Assembly: GCA_026706345.1 (NCBI GenBank)
Contig: JAPOYX010000198.1
Location: 47,828-111,827 of the forward strand
Direction of reading: 5' to 3'
Source: Gemmatimonadota bacterium
GTDB taxonomy: Bacteria > JAAXHH01
Length of the DNA stretch: 64,000 nt
Part shown: piece by piece, positions 1 to 10,610 of the stretch
Layout: each line of letters opens with the position of its first letter
Position numbering within the stretch: position 1 is the stretch's first letter
The notes under the pieces: generated by a model
Seen by the model: the letters and a program-made list of their open reading frames with translations, nothing else
Told to the model about the DNA's origin: nothing
Database searches by the model: none
Made by a program: the position numbers and the translations under genes

Positions 1-969
1 ACCGGTTCATTCAAGGACCTGGGCATGACCGTGCTGGTCTCCATGGTGAACCAGATGATAGCGGAAGGCAAAGGAATCAGGGGGATCGCGTGCGCATCCA
101 CGGGAGACACCTCGGCTTCGCTGGCGGCCTACTGCGCCTCGGCGGGCATCCCGGCCATCGTGTTTCTGCCCAGGGACAAGGTTTCCGTGACCCAGCTCAT
201 ACAGCCCATCTCCCACGGCGCGCTGACCCTATCGCTGGATACGGATTTCGATGGATGCATGGAGATCGTCCAGCAGGTGGCGGAAAACGAGGGCATCTAC
301 CTGGCGAATTCCATGAACTCCCTGCGCCTGGAGGGGCAGAAGACGATCGGGATCGAGATCTGCCAGCAGTTCGACTGGGAGGTGCCCGACCTGATCATCA
401 TCCCGGGCGGAAACCTGGGCAATGTCTCCGCGCTGGGCAAGGGATTCCTGATGATGGAGGAGCTCGGGCTGATCGACAAGCGCCCGCGCATCGTCTGCGC
501 GCAGGCCGCGCGGGCCAATCCGCTCTACCTGAGCTACCTGAAGGGGTTCGGCGAATACGAACCCGTCCATGCCGAAAAGACCGTTGCCAGCGCCATTCAG
601 ATCGGCAACCCCGTCAGCTACAAACGCGCGGTGCGCGTGTTGCGGACCTTCGACGGCAAAGTCGAACAGGCCACCGAGGACGAAATCGCGAACGCCTCCG
701 CCCGGGGCGATCTTACCGGACTCTACAACTGTCCGCACACGGGCGTCGCGCTGGCGGCGCTCTTCAAAATGGTCGAACGGGGCGAGATTCACGCCTCGGA
801 CCGTGTCATCATCATCTCCACGGCGAACGGCCTGAAGTTCACCGATTTCAAAGTCGGATACCACGAAAACCGGCTGAACGACGTCAAAGTGAAACATGGA
901 CAGTCTCCCCTCGAACTTCCCGCCCGTTACGATGACGTGGTACGGGCGATCGACCGGACGCTGGCATGA
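1..969 (+). CDS. thrC: Threonine synthase. The 5' end is partial and the reading frame is open from base 1.
   Basis: The in-frame translation from position 1 gives [14 protein letters not shown], the PLP-lysine SFKD motif. [19 protein letters not shown] and the C-terminal region are typical of threonine synthase. The ORF-track entry 25..969 is the same frame starting at the first ATG. Confidence 0.85.
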   Translation, partial: TGSFKDLGMTVLVSMVNQMIAEGKGIRGIACASTGDTSASLAAYCASAGIPAIVFLPRDKVSVTQLIQPISHGALTLSLDTDFDGCMEIVQQVAENEGIYLANSMNSLRLEGQKTIGIEICQQFDWEVPDLIIIPGGNLGNVSALGKGFLMMEELGLIDKRPRIVCAQAARANPLYLSYLKGFGEYEPVHAEKTVASAIQIGNPVSYKRAVRVLRTFDGKVEQATEDEIANASARGDLTGLYNCPHTGVALAALFKMVERGEIHASDRVIIISTANGLKFTDFKVGYHENRLNDVKVKHGQSPLELPARYDDVVRAIDRTLA

Positions 970-2477
970 TGAGAGCGATACCGACCACCGGCGCGACCGC
1001 CTTTCCCGTGGCCGGAGCCCTGCTGACCCTTGCCCTGCTCGTCCTCGCCTGCGGCGGTCCTTTGCAGTTCCGCGGCGGACCTTCCGGGCCGGAACGCCGC
1101 CTGGCAGAGGACATAGGCCGGATCCTGGACCACCCGGACCTGGCGCCCATGACCATAGGCGTGAAAGTCGTGTCGCCGGTCACCGGCCGAACCCTCTTCT
1201 CGCGGCATTCCGGCGGACTGTTTCATCCCGCGTCCAATACGAAGCTGTTCACCGCCGCGGGCGTCCTGCGTACCATGGGACCGGACTATCGCTATCTGAC
1301 GACCGTGTTCGGCGACGGAGACGCCTATGCCAGGGGCGATACCCTCTACACTTCGCTTTATCTTCTCGGCCGCGGAGACCCACTGCTGGAATCGGCGCAC
1401 CTGGACAGCCTCGCCGTCGTCGTCGCCGAATGGTGCGGGACGCGGGTCATCGCGGGCGACATCGTCGTCGACGACGCCTACCTGGACGGGGTACCCTACG
1501 GCGAAGGATGGATGTGGGACGACGTGCAGTACAGCTACTCCGCCTCGCTGAACGCGCTCTCGGTGAACGGCAACAGCGTGTGGATCGGTGTATCTCCCGG
1601 CGCCGCCGTCGGCGCGCCCGTGACGGTCCGAGTGGATCCGCCGACGACGTCCGTCACCTTCGAAGTGGAGGCCCTGACGGCGGCGGCCGGGGATACGTCG
1701 GCCGTCGAACCGCTCCGGGTCGAACGGGACTGGCCGGCGCGGTCCAACCGAATCGTCGTGACCGGCCGCCTCGGGATGGACGCGAAAGAGCAGGCATACT
1801 ACCGGTCCGTCGAAGAACCCGGGCTGTACGCGGGAAACCTGTTCCGGGACACGCTGCAGGGCCGCGGCATCCGCGTCACCGGCCCCGTGCGAAGGGGGAT
1901 CACGCCGACGCGCGCACGGGCGCTGGCGACGTGGTCATCGCCGGTGCCCGGGGCCCTGGCCCTTTTGCTCAAGTACAGCAGCAACCTGACGGCGGAACTG
2001 CTCGTTAAAACCATGGGACGCCACGTCACAGGCGAGACGGGTACGGCCGTCGACGGTCTGGCCGCGCTGCGGGGGGTCCTGACGGACTATATCGCCCTGG
2101 ACCCGGCCGCCTACCGGTTCGCCGACGGTTCCGGCCTGTCGTGGTACAACTACGTGTCCCCCGACCAGATCGTGGACCTGCTGACGGCCATGTACCACGA
2201 TGCCGCGATCGGCGGGAGCTTTCGGGAGGCATTGCCCGTCGCGGGAGTGGACGGCTCCCTGAGGAACCGGATGAAGGATACGGCGGCCATGGGCAATCTC
2301 CGGGCGAAGACCGGCACCCTGACCGGCGTGAGCTGCCTGAGCGGCTATGTAAGCACCCGGGACGGCGAACCCCTGGTCTTCTCGATCATGATGAACAATT
2401 TCGTCGGCCCGGCGTCGACCGCCCGTCGAGCGCAGGATGAAATCGGCGTCCTGCTGGCGGGTTTCAGTCGAAAGTGA
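966..2477 (+). CDS. dacB: D-alanyl-D-alanine carboxypeptidase/endopeptidase, PBP4 / peptidase S13 family.
   Basis: Present are an N-terminal signal/TM segment, the SxxK motif (SNTK), KTG (RAKTGTLTG), and the PBP4-like length of 503 aa. The start overlaps the thrC stop in an ATGA arrangement. Confidence 0.8.
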   Translation: MMRAIPTTGATAFPVAGALLTLALLVLACGGPLQFRGGPSGPERRLAEDIGRILDHPDLAPMTIGVKVVSPVTGRTLFSRHSGGLFHPASNTKLFTAAGVLRTMGPDYRYLTTVFGDGDAYARGDTLYTSLYLLGRGDPLLESAHLDSLAVVVAEWCGTRVIAGDIVVDDAYLDGVPYGEGWMWDDVQYSYSASLNALSVNGNSVWIGVSPGAAVGAPVTVRVDPPTTSVTFEVEALTAAAGDTSAVEPLRVERDWPARSNRIVVTGRLGMDAKEQAYYRSVEEPGLYAGNLFRDTLQGRGIRVTGPVRRGITPTRARALATWSSPVPGALALLLKYSSNLTAELLVKTMGRHVTGETGTAVDGLAALRGVLTDYIALDPAAYRFADGSGLSWYNYVSPDQIVDLLTAMYHDAAIGGSFREALPVAGVDGSLRNRMKDTAAMGNLRAKTGTLTGVSCLSGYVSTRDGEPLVFSIMMNNFVGPASTARRAQDEIGVLLAGFSRK

Positions 2478-2511
2478 CCTGATTGAATCAACTGCCCGGA
2501 AGGGGTCGAAC

Positions 2512-2982
2512 ATGGCGGGTTCCAGGGATCCACACGTAGAAGGCCGGGTCAACCGGGCGCACTATTCGAGCAAGACGGAACTGTCGGCGCGGCTTTTTGC
2601 CGTCCTGGACCTGACTGCGGAGGATCGGGGACTGAAGCTGATTCCCCAGCTCTCCCGGGCGGTGAGGCGGGGAGACGTCCTGGAACTCATCTGCACCGAC
2701 GAAGAAGACGCCGGTCCGGGTTCGAAGGTGAACCGGGCCGCCTACATCGGCTTCGCGGAAGTTTCGGAAACGGGTTTGCTGCTGTGCGGCGATACCGTCA
2801 CCGTCCGGCAGGAAGAGATCGGGGAGATCGCGGGATTCGACGAGACGCACCTGCCCAACCATCTGAACGTCGTGCTTCGGTCGAACCGTTGCGGCACGGG
2901 CCGAGAAAGAGAACTTCCCCTGGACGTGCCGATCACCTTTTCCGGCATATGCGCGGATACGGACCGGGACATCGGATTCTGA
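2512..2982 (+). CDS. Hypothetical protein of 156 aa. It may have a SAF-like beta fold. I could not assign a family.
   Basis: The ATG at 2512 is preceded by a GGAAGGGG RBS-like element. The ORF is clean and has coding-like composition. I did not recognise a motif family. Confidence 0.5.
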   Translation: MAGSRDPHVEGRVNRAHYSSKTELSARLFAVLDLTAEDRGLKLIPQLSRAVRRGDVLELICTDEEDAGPGSKVNRAAYIGFAEVSETGLLLCGDTVTVRQEEIGEIAGFDETHLPNHLNVVLRSNRCGTGRERELPLDVPITFSGICADTDRDIGF

Positions 2983-3100
2983 GCCCCTGGCCGGCCGCCT
3001 GGTACGCCGATCGCCCGATCCGTCGAGCGCCTGGTCCACCTGCCTGGCCCACCCGGCACCGGTCCGAAGACCCCGCGCGGCCAACGGCGTTCCTCCCAAC

Positions 3101-4063
3101 CTACCGTCCGCCGGCCAGTTCTTCCCGCAACGCGACGTAACTGTCGTATCGCTCCCTGGACACGGCTCCCGCCGACAAGGCGGTCCGCAGGGTGCAGTCC
3201 GGTTCGTGGACGTGCGTACAATCGTGAAACCTGCAGCCCGACAGGTGGTCGCGCATTTCGGGGAACAGTTCCGGCAGCTCGCGGGGCGACACGTCCCACA
3301 GGCTGAATTCCCGGATTCCCGGAGAATCGATGACCAGGCCGCCGGCAACGAGCCTGTGCGCGGCGAGATAGGTGGTGGTATGCCGGCCCCGGCCCGTCGT
3401 CCGGTTCACCTCGCGAATCCGGAGTCCCAGACCGGGCTGTATGGCGTTGAGCAGGGAGGTCTTTCCCGCGCCGGACGGACCCGCGATCGCGGATGTCCTG
3501 TTCCGTAGCGTGGCCTTCAGCACATCGACCCCCTGCATGGTCACGGCGCTGGTCGGGATGACGCGGAAACCGGCCCTTGTGTAGATCCCCGGTATATCCG
3601 GATCCGCGTCCGTCGCCAGGTCTATCTTGTTCAGGCAGATGACCGGGGCCAGGTTGCCGGCTTCCGCGGCCACGAGCAGGCGGTCCAGCAACTGCAGATT
3701 CGGCTGCGGGTTCCTCACGGCGAAGACGACGACGAGATAGTCGGCATTGGCGATCATGATCTGCTCGACGCGCCGCCTGCCGGGGGCGAGACGGGAGAGT
3801 TTCGAGCGGCGGGGAAGCACCTCTTCTATGGCGCCCGTTTCCCCCTGGTCCTCCACGACGCGCACGCGGTCGCCGATGGCAACCGGGTTCACCGCTTCAA
3901 TGCGGCCGACCTGCTCCACGGAGTGATGCCGGTCGTCCCGCTCCGGATAGATCAGCGCTTTCTTCATCCTGCTGCGCAGCGCGCAGGCGAGGATCCCGTG
4001 CCGGGTCTCCACGTCGAACACGCCCCGGTGTTCCCTGATTACGATGCCTTCCATGGTATTCAT
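3101..4063 (-). CDS. rsgA: Ribosome small-subunit-dependent GTPase A.
   Basis: It shows the circularly permuted GTPase order: NKIDL (G4) precedes GPSGAGKTSLLN (G1). It has the C-terminal zinc-finger CRFHDCTHVHEPDC and is 320 aa long. Confidence 0.85.
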   Translation of the reverse strand: MNTMEGIVIREHRGVFDVETRHGILACALRSRMKKALIYPERDDRHHSVEQVGRIEAVNPVAIGDRVRVVEDQGETGAIEEVLPRRSKLSRLAPGRRRVEQIMIANADYLVVVFAVRNPQPNLQLLDRLLVAAEAGNLAPVICLNKIDLATDADPDIPGIYTRAGFRVIPTSAVTMQGVDVLKATLRNRTSAIAGPSGAGKTSLLNAIQPGLGLRIREVNRTTGRGRHTTTYLAAHRLVAGGLVIDSPGIREFSLWDVSPRELPELFPEMRDHLSGCRFHDCTHVHEPDCTLRTALSAGAVSRERYDSYVALREELAGGR

Positions 4064-4142
4064 GATCGAAATGCCGGCTCCCCGGCCGTTTCTCCGGCCA
4101 TCGTTTCCCGATTCTCCGGTCTGGGCCGGCCCGGTTCGCCTG

Positions 4143-5195
4143 TCAGGCCGTCCGGGTCCATGCCGCCTGGTCCGCCTGGTCCGCCTGGCCCGCCTGGCCC
4201 GTGCACAACGTGTACAACAGCCGCCGCATGACGAGTTCGGGCGACAGCGTGCTGGTCTTCAGCGCTATATCGGCCTCGGACAGCGCCTCGAAACCGTTTA
4301 ACAGGTCTCGTCCCGCAAGGAGCCTGGACTGGGCGGCGTAGCGGTTGTAAAACCGGTTGAACCCCCAACCCAGCTGCAGTTTCTTCTTGATATCGTCGTC
4401 GTTCCGGCGCTCCCGTTTCAGGAACCGTATCTTCCAAAGTATCACCAGATGACGGACGAAGAGCGATACGATGGCCTGGGGCGCGTCGCCGCCGTCAATC
4501 GCGCGCTGGTAGGCGCCCAGCGCCCTGGCCAGGTCTTTCTCGCCCACGGCCTCGGCGATGTCGAATACCGAACCTGCGCGAACGGGTCCGAGCGAACTTT
4601 CCACGTCTCCGGCCGCTATCGTTTCCCGGCCGCCGACGAACACGGCCAGCTTTTCCAGCTCTCCGGCCAGTTCCCCCAGGTCCTGCCCCACGACGGCCTG
4701 CAACTGGTGGGCGGCCTCCGAGGTCAGGCGCTTCCCGTAGCGCCGCGCGTGCTGCTGAAGCCATGCCGGAACCCGTTCGGGAAACAGCGGGTAGAACACC
4801 ACCGAAACCGCCGCCGCCGCCAGCCGTCCGTACAGTTTGGTCTTCAGGTTCACCCGGGGCGCCTCGAGCACCAGGACCGTGCTTGACGCGGGCCGCTCAG
4901 CGTAATCCGCGACGGCTTCCCGGTCCTTCTGCGGCAATCGGTGGAAATCCCTCGCCACGACGATCCGGCGGTCCGTCATCATGGGCACCAGCGATGCGGC
5001 CGTCAGGATCGCGGTGGCGTCGCTTTCGTCGCCGCGAAACACGTCCAGGCAGAACGCTTCCGTCCCGGGGTCGATGACGCGGGCGACCAGGGCGTCTATG
5101 GCTTCTTCCTTCCGGTACGCCTCGTCGCCGGTGAAGAAGTACACCGGATCGATCCGGCCCCGCTCTATCTGTTCGATCAGCTGTTCTGGGTTCAT
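4143..5195 (-). CDS. holA: DNA polymerase III delta subunit.
   Basis: MNPEQLIEQIERGRIDPVYFFTGDEAY matches the HolA N-terminus, and the length and helical C-terminal domain fit HolA. The C-terminal tail GQAGQADQADQA comes from an imperfect 9-bp tandem repeat. The start was chosen at the MNPEQ Met rather than the upstream ORF start at 5285. Confidence 0.75.
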   Translation of the reverse strand: MNPEQLIEQIERGRIDPVYFFTGDEAYRKEEAIDALVARVIDPGTEAFCLDVFRGDESDATAILTAASLVPMMTDRRIVVARDFHRLPQKDREAVADYAERPASSTVLVLEAPRVNLKTKLYGRLAAAAVSVVFYPLFPERVPAWLQQHARRYGKRLTSEAAHQLQAVVGQDLGELAGELEKLAVFVGGRETIAAGDVESSLGPVRAGSVFDIAEAVGEKDLARALGAYQRAIDGGDAPQAIVSLFVRHLVILWKIRFLKRERRNDDDIKKKLQLGWGFNRFYNRYAAQSRLLAGRDLLNGFEALSEADIALKTSTLSPELVMRRLLYTLCTGQAGQADQADQAAWTRTA

Positions 5196-5291
5196 TTCGG
5201 CACCTTGCCGCCGAACCACGGCCGACCGTATCGGGCCGGGCTCATCCAGCGGCGCAAATCGGGTTACGGGACACGCAGCATACAATATATA

Positions 5292-5327
5292 TTCAAGTCA
5301 AGCCACCTGATACCTTCAAGTCAAGCC
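5292..5327. repeat. Direct repeat TTCAAGTCAAGCC x2 with 10 bp between copies, in the divergent holA / 5392-ORF intergenic region.
   Basis: The exact 13-mer occurs at 5292-5304 and at 5315-5327. Confidence 0.4.
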
Positions 5328-5391
5328 GCCTGTGGCATACCTCGACCGAATCCGGGCATTGAAACCGGGTCGGCAGAACGGATGCTTCGAC

Positions 5392-6204
5392 ATGACGCGC
5401 ATCGACCGGACCGCGATAGGAGACCGCCTGGAAGAACTGTACCGTTCTTTCGACTTTTCGATGATCTCGCCTGATCCGCTCGAAGTGGTGAGACGCTTCA
5501 ACCGACCGGAAGATCAAGAGATCGCCGGCCTGGTCGCGGCTTCACTGGCCTACGGCCGGGCTGAATTGATCACGGGAGCGGCCGCTGAAGCGTTGGGGAG
5601 GATGGGGGAAGCGCCCCGGGACTTCGTCATGGGCTTCGACCCGGGACGGGACGGCGGACGATTCGACGGGTTCGTATACCGGTGGACGCGGGGGCGAGAC
5701 CTGTCGATGCTGGTGGGGCTCATGCAGCAGGCCCTGCGCCGGCATGGCTCCCTTGGCGCGCTCTTCGCCCGGGGCCACCGCGCATCGGACCCCCATACGG
5801 GTCCCGCGCTGAGCCATTTCACCGATACGCTCCTCGGGTACGCGCGGGAGGATCACCCCGCGGAACGGCGCGGGGCGAAAACGGGGATCCGCTACCTGTT
5901 GCCCTCCCCGAGAACGGGAAGCGCCTGCAAGCGGATGAACCTCTACGTCCGCTGGATGGTACGCCGGGACGCCCCGGACCTGGGTCTCTGGCAGCGTATT
6001 TCCCCCTCCAGCCTGGTCATGCCGATCGACACCCACGTGGCCCGGATTTCCAGGCGGCTGGGCCTGACGTCCCGCCGACAGGCGGATTGGAAAATGGCCG
6101 AGGAAGTCACGCGGGCGCTGAGAAGATTCGACCCGGACGATCCGGTGAAATACGACTTCGCCATGTGCCACTGGGGCATGCTGGAGTTCAGAAACCGCCG
6201 CTGA
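5392..6204 (+). CDS. Conserved hypothetical protein. It may be TIGR02757/DUF2400-like with a helix-hairpin-helix fold. The family assignment is tentative.
   Basis: The 270-aa ORF starts at MTRIDRTAIGDRLEELY and has coding composition. The C-terminal PIDTHVARISRRLGL resembles HhH-GPD-type DNA-binding loops. The family name is recalled from memory and not verified. Confidence 0.45.
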   Translation: MTRIDRTAIGDRLEELYRSFDFSMISPDPLEVVRRFNRPEDQEIAGLVAASLAYGRAELITGAAAEALGRMGEAPRDFVMGFDPGRDGGRFDGFVYRWTRGRDLSMLVGLMQQALRRHGSLGALFARGHRASDPHTGPALSHFTDTLLGYAREDHPAERRGAKTGIRYLLPSPRTGSACKRMNLYVRWMVRRDAPDLGLWQRISPSSLVMPIDTHVARISRRLGLTSRRQADWKMAEEVTRALRRFDPDDPVKYDFAMCHWGMLEFRNRR

Positions 6205-6324
6205 TTCGTTTCTGCTTGCCGGGAACGGAAGTATCTTCCTATTTTACCGTGTTTTGTAGCGGCCAGGCATCCACAGGATCCACGAAAAAGACGCAGTCCC
6301 CGGTCACACGGCCACGGAGGGAAC

Positions 6325-7593
6325 ATGCTGGACCAGCGATTCGTCAGGAACAATCCCGAAACGGTAAAGCAGGCGGTCGCGAACAAGAACGAGCGGGTCG
6401 ACGTCGACCAGTTCCTCGACCTGGACGTCCGGCGCCGGGAGCTGCTGCAGACGAGCGAATCGCTCAAACAGCAGCGAAATACCGTGTCCGACGAAATCGC
6501 GCGCATGAAGCGCGGCGGCGAAGACGCTTCCGCGCGGATCGAGGAAATGCGGGAGGTGTCCGCGCGCATCAAGGATATCGACGCCCACCTGGCCGGCATC
6601 CAGGACAGCCTGCAGTCCGTGCTCGAGCGCCTGCCCAACATCCCCCATCCCACGGTGCCGGTCGGCGCGGACGAAAGCGCCAACGTGGAGGTGCGCCGCT
6701 GGGGCGCCACGCCCGAGGTGGAGTTCGAACGCAAGGCCCACTGGGACCTCGGGGAAGCCCTCGACATCATCGATTTCCAGCGGGCGGGCAAGATATCGGG
6801 CAGCCATTTCGTCCTCTTCAAGGGAGACGGCGCCAGGCTGCAGCGCGCGCTGATCCAGTTCATGCTCGACCTCCATATCCAGAAGCACGGATACACGGAG
6901 GTCATCCCGCCCTTCATCGTCAACCGCCAGAGCATGTTCGGCACGGGGCAGCTGCCCAAGATGGAAGAAGACATGTACCGGACGGACCTGGACGACCTGT
7001 TCCTCATACCCACCGCGGAAGTCCCCGTCACCAACATGCACCGCGACGAAATGCTCGCCGGGGACGACCTGCCGATCTGCTACACGGCCTACAGCCCCTG
7101 CTTCCGCCGCGAAGCCGGCTCCTACGGGCGGGAGACCCGGGGACTGATCCGGGTGCACCAGTTCGACAAGGTGGAGATGGTCAAGTTCGTCCGTCCCGAG
7201 ACCTCCTACGATGAACTGGAAACGCTGGTGAACGACGCGGAGGAAGTGCTGCAGTTGTTGAACATCCCCTACCGCGTGGTGGTCCTGAGCACGGGCGACC
7301 TGAGTTTCGCCGCGGCGAAGTGCTATGACCTGGAAGCCTGGGCGCCCGGCGTAAACCGCTGGCTGGAAGTCTCCTCGTGCAGCAATTTCGAGGATTTCCA
7401 GGCGCGAAGAAGCGGTATCCGATATCGGGACGAGGACGGCAAAAGCCGGTTCGTGCACACCCTGAACGGATCCGGCATGGGCATGGCGCGGACCCTGATC
7501 GCGGTTCTCGAACACTATCAGACCGGGCGGGGCAGCATCCGCGTACCGGAGGTGCTGGTACCCTATATGGGCGGGTTGAAGGAAATCGGGTGA
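6325..7593 (+). CDS. serS: Seryl-tRNA synthetase.
   Basis: MLDQRFVRNNPE matches the SerS N-terminus, followed by a coiled-coil arm. The class II motifs FRREAGSYGRETRGLIRVHQFDKVE and GSGMGMARTLIAVLE are present. Length is 422 aa. Confidence 0.9.
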   Translation: MLDQRFVRNNPETVKQAVANKNERVDVDQFLDLDVRRRELLQTSESLKQQRNTVSDEIARMKRGGEDASARIEEMREVSARIKDIDAHLAGIQDSLQSVLERLPNIPHPTVPVGADESANVEVRRWGATPEVEFERKAHWDLGEALDIIDFQRAGKISGSHFVLFKGDGARLQRALIQFMLDLHIQKHGYTEVIPPFIVNRQSMFGTGQLPKMEEDMYRTDLDDLFLIPTAEVPVTNMHRDEMLAGDDLPICYTAYSPCFRREAGSYGRETRGLIRVHQFDKVEMVKFVRPETSYDELETLVNDAEEVLQLLNIPYRVVVLSTGDLSFAAAKCYDLEAWAPGVNRWLEVSSCSNFEDFQARRSGIRYRDEDGKSRFVHTLNGSGMGMARTLIAVLEHYQTGRGSIRVPEVLVPYMGGLKEIG

Positions 7594-8087
7594 GTGCTCC
7601 CAATCATTCGAACATGCCGGCAATTCCTGAACGGATCAGATTCGATTCCGGAAGCCCCGATCAGACGGCGCGTCTCGGAGAGCGCCTGGCCGCGCGGCTG
7701 GAGCCGGGAGACACGGTGCTGGTAACCGGCGATCTCGGCGCGGGAAAGACCCGTTTCATCCAGGGGATATGCGCCGGCCTGGGCATCGGCGAACCGGTCA
7801 CGAGTCCCACCTTCACCCTCGTCAACGAGTACGACGGTCGGCTTGGCCGACTTCGAGTGGCCCATTTCGACTTCTACCGGCTGGACAGCCCGGATTCGGT
7901 GCTGGAACTCGGCTTCGACGAATACGTGGACACCTGCGTCTGTCTCGTGGAATGGGGCGACAAATTTCCGGAGATCATGCCCTCCGACGCGATCACGGTG
8001 CATATCGAAATCGGAGACGGAACGCGTAGAGTGCTGGAGATAACCGGCGGCGGCCTCGTATCCGATCCGGAAGAGGCGGCGCCCTGA
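7590..8087 (+). CDS. tsaE: tRNA threonylcarbamoyladenosine biosynthesis protein TsaE.
   Basis: Walker A LVTGDLGAGKTRFIQG, TSPTFTLVNEY and VAHFDFYRL are TsaE signatures. A GTG start at 7590 overlaps the serS stop. An ATG at 7614 is the alternative start. Confidence 0.8.
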   Translation: MSAPNHSNMPAIPERIRFDSGSPDQTARLGERLAARLEPGDTVLVTGDLGAGKTRFIQGICAGLGIGEPVTSPTFTLVNEYDGRLGRLRVAHFDFYRLDSPDSVLELGFDEYVDTCVCLVEWGDKFPEIMPSDAITVHIEIGDGTRRVLEITGGGLVSDPEEAAP

Positions 8088-8136
8088 CCGCGGCGACACC
8101 GGGCGGGAACAGACGGGGCCAGACGGGACCGGGTGG

Positions 8137-10554
8137 CTAAAGGGGTTTTATAGCCGGCTGCGCGACGGCCTGATTGGGGAGCAGGGCGGGAACGTGGGAT
8201 TCCACCACGGTGATGCCCATGGCTCGTTTCAGCACTTCGTCCATGGTCGCCACCGGGCGGAGATCGATCCCTTCCTTTACTTCCGGCGGTACATCCACCA
8301 GGTCCTTCCGGTTGCGCTGAGGGATCGCCACTTCCCTGATACCCGCCCGGCGCGCGGCGATCAGTTTCTCGTTCAGCCCGCCGATGGGCAACACGTTTCC
8401 GCGGAGCGTGATCTCGCCCGTCATGGCGATATCGCACCGCACCGGCACGCCGGTCAGCGCCGAACAGAGCGCCGTCGCGATGGTGATCCCGGCGGAGGGG
8501 CCATCCTTGGGGATCGCGCCCTCGGGCATGTGCACGTGAATCTCGACGTTCTTGTAGAAGTCCGGCTCGAGTCCCAGCGAGGCCGCACGGGAACGGGCGT
8601 AGGTGAGTGCCGCGTGGGCCGACTCCCGCATCACTTCGCCCAGCTGGCCGGTAAGCGTCAGCCTCCCCGCGCCACGGCGGTTCAGGACGCTGACCTCGAT
8701 GGTAAGGATATCGCCTCCCGACTGTGTCCAGGCGAGTCCCGTCGCCAGGCCCACCGAATCCTGTTTCACGACTTCCGAATCCAGGTAACGCGGCACGCCG
8801 AGGTGATCGGAAAGCTGCCTGCGCGTAACCTGCATACCTTTTCCCGACTTGCCTTCCACCACCTTTCGGGCCAGCTTGCGGCACACGGCGGCGATGTGAC
8901 GTTCCAGTCCCCGGACGCCGGCTTCTCGCGTGTACTCCCGGATGATGCCCAACAGGGCTTCCTTCCTGAAGGTGACGCGCTCCTTCTTCAATCCGTGGGC
9001 TTCCACCTGCTTGGGTACCAGGAAACCCCGGGCGATGGCCAGTTTCTGGGTTTCGAGATAGCCGGGCAGCTCGAGGATCTCCATACGGTCGTTCAGGGCC
9101 GGGGGGATGGTGTCGGTCGTGTTGGCCGTCGTCAGGAACAACACCCGGGACAGATCGTAATCCACTTCAAGGTAGTGGTCGTTGAAAGTGTTGTTCTGTT
9201 CGGGGTCCAGCACCTCCAGCAGGGCTGACGCGGGGTCGCCGCGCACGTCCCGGCCCAGCTTGTCCACCTCGTCGAGCAGGATGACCGGATTGACGCTCCC
9301 GGCGCGGCGCATCGCCTGTATGATGCGTCCGGGCATGGAACCGATATAGGTCCGGCGATGGCCCCGTATCTCGGCTTCGTCGTGTACGCCGCCGAGAGAC
9401 ATGCGGACGAATTTGCGGCCCATGGCGCGTGCGATCGAACGGCCCAGAGACGTCTTGCCCACGCCGGGCGGACCGACCAGGCACAGGATCGGACCCTTAA
9501 GGTGCCGGGTGAGCTGGATCACCGACAGGTACTCGAGAATGTGTTCCTTCGGTTTTTCCAGCCCGTAGTGATCGGCATCGAGGACGGACTCCACTTTTAC
9601 GATGTCCCGGTTGTCCCGCGTCCGCTTTCGCCACGGCACCTCGACGAGCCACTCGAGGTAGTTGCGGATCACCGTCGCTTCGGGCGAGGTGGGATGCATC
9701 TGCTGGAGCTTGTCCAGTTCGTTCATGGCCTTTTCGTGGGCCTCTTTAGGCATCTTCGCGTCTGCGATCTGCTGTGCCAGGCCACCCAGGTTTTCCGGCA
9801 GGTCCTCCAGTTCGCCCAGTTCCTGCTTGATCACGCGCATCTGCTCCTGGAGGAAGAACTCCCGCTGCGATTTGTGAATCCTTTCCCGGACTTCGCCGTC
9901 GAGCTGGTTCTTGATCTCCAGGATCTCCAGCTCCGTGGCCAGAATGGCGGCCAGTTCATCGAGCTGCTCGGTGATCGAGGGCGCCTCGATGAGCCGCTGC
10001 TTGACCTGGGGGCTCTGCTGGATGAAGGCCGACATCGTATCCACCAGGCGCTGGGCGTCATCCATGTTCTGCAGGGACAGCAGGATCTCGTCGGGCGCCT
10101 GCTGGTTCAGCTTGATGTACTCCGAGAACTGATCCACGACCGTCCGCAGTCTCGCCTGCACCTCCGCCTGATTGTCTTCGGTTTCCTCGACCAGGGCGAT
10201 CTTGACGCGCATGTAGGGGTCGGTGGACAGAAACCGGACGATCCGCGCCCGGACGATCCCCTCGACGAGTACGCGGATGAGGCCGTTGGGCAGCTTTACC
10301 ACCTGCAGGATCCGGGCCACGATCCCCGTTCTGTGTACGTCCTCCTTCACGGGGGTTTCGACATCCGGGTTGCGCTGGGCGGTCAGGAAGAGCAGACGGT
10401 CGTTGTTGACCCCGTGCTCCAGGGCCTTGATGGAAGCGTCCCTCGCAATGATGAGAGGGTATTCCATGTACGGGAACACGACCACTTCACGGAGCGGTAT
10501 GAGGGGCAGCTTGTCGTCGAATGTAATGGGGTCGGTGCGTTTCAGGGTAATCAT
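8137..10554 (-). CDS. lon: ATP-dependent Lon protease.
   Basis: The 805-aa protein has an N-terminal LON domain, an AAA+ Walker [16 protein letters not shown], and a C-terminal Ser-Lys dyad region [15 protein letters not shown]. Confidence 0.95.
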   Translation of the reverse strand: MITLKRTDPITFDDKLPLIPLREVVVFPYMEYPLIIARDASIKALEHGVNNDRLLFLTAQRNPDVETPVKEDVHRTGIVARILQVVKLPNGLIRVLVEGIVRARIVRFLSTDPYMRVKIALVEETEDNQAEVQARLRTVVDQFSEYIKLNQQAPDEILLSLQNMDDAQRLVDTMSAFIQQSPQVKQRLIEAPSITEQLDELAAILATELEILEIKNQLDGEVRERIHKSQREFFLQEQMRVIKQELGELEDLPENLGGLAQQIADAKMPKEAHEKAMNELDKLQQMHPTSPEATVIRNYLEWLVEVPWRKRTRDNRDIVKVESVLDADHYGLEKPKEHILEYLSVIQLTRHLKGPILCLVGPPGVGKTSLGRSIARAMGRKFVRMSLGGVHDEAEIRGHRRTYIGSMPGRIIQAMRRAGSVNPVILLDEVDKLGRDVRGDPASALLEVLDPEQNNTFNDHYLEVDYDLSRVLFLTTANTTDTIPPALNDRMEILELPGYLETQKLAIARGFLVPKQVEAHGLKKERVTFRKEALLGIIREYTREAGVRGLERHIAAVCRKLARKVVEGKSGKGMQVTRRQLSDHLGVPRYLDSEVVKQDSVGLATGLAWTQSGGDILTIEVSVLNRRGAGRLTLTGQLGEVMRESAHAALTYARSRAASLGLEPDFYKNVEIHVHMPEGAIPKDGPSAGITIATALCSALTGVPVRCDIAMTGEITLRGNVLPIGGLNEKLIAARRAGIREVAIPQRNRKDLVDVPPEVKEGIDLRPVATMDEVLKRAMGITVVESHVPALLPNQAVAQPAIKPL

Positions 10555-10610
10555 GGGAAATCGTCGGACGGCTGGTTCGCGGGAACGGGCAGGCGGACCG
10601 CGGGTGGAGG

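Noticed and set aside
896-2008. 370-aa ORF on the plus strand overlapping dacB in another frame
   Set aside because: The Arg/Pro/Gly-rich translation has no motifs. The dacB frame has SxxK and KTG motifs.
5682-7623. Long overlapping ORFs (5682..7214 on the plus strand, 5943..7037 and 6304..7623 on the minus strand) over the TIGR02757-like gene and serS
   Set aside because: They are frame-shifted or antisense relative to serS, whose class II motifs are unambiguous. They are high-GC artefacts.
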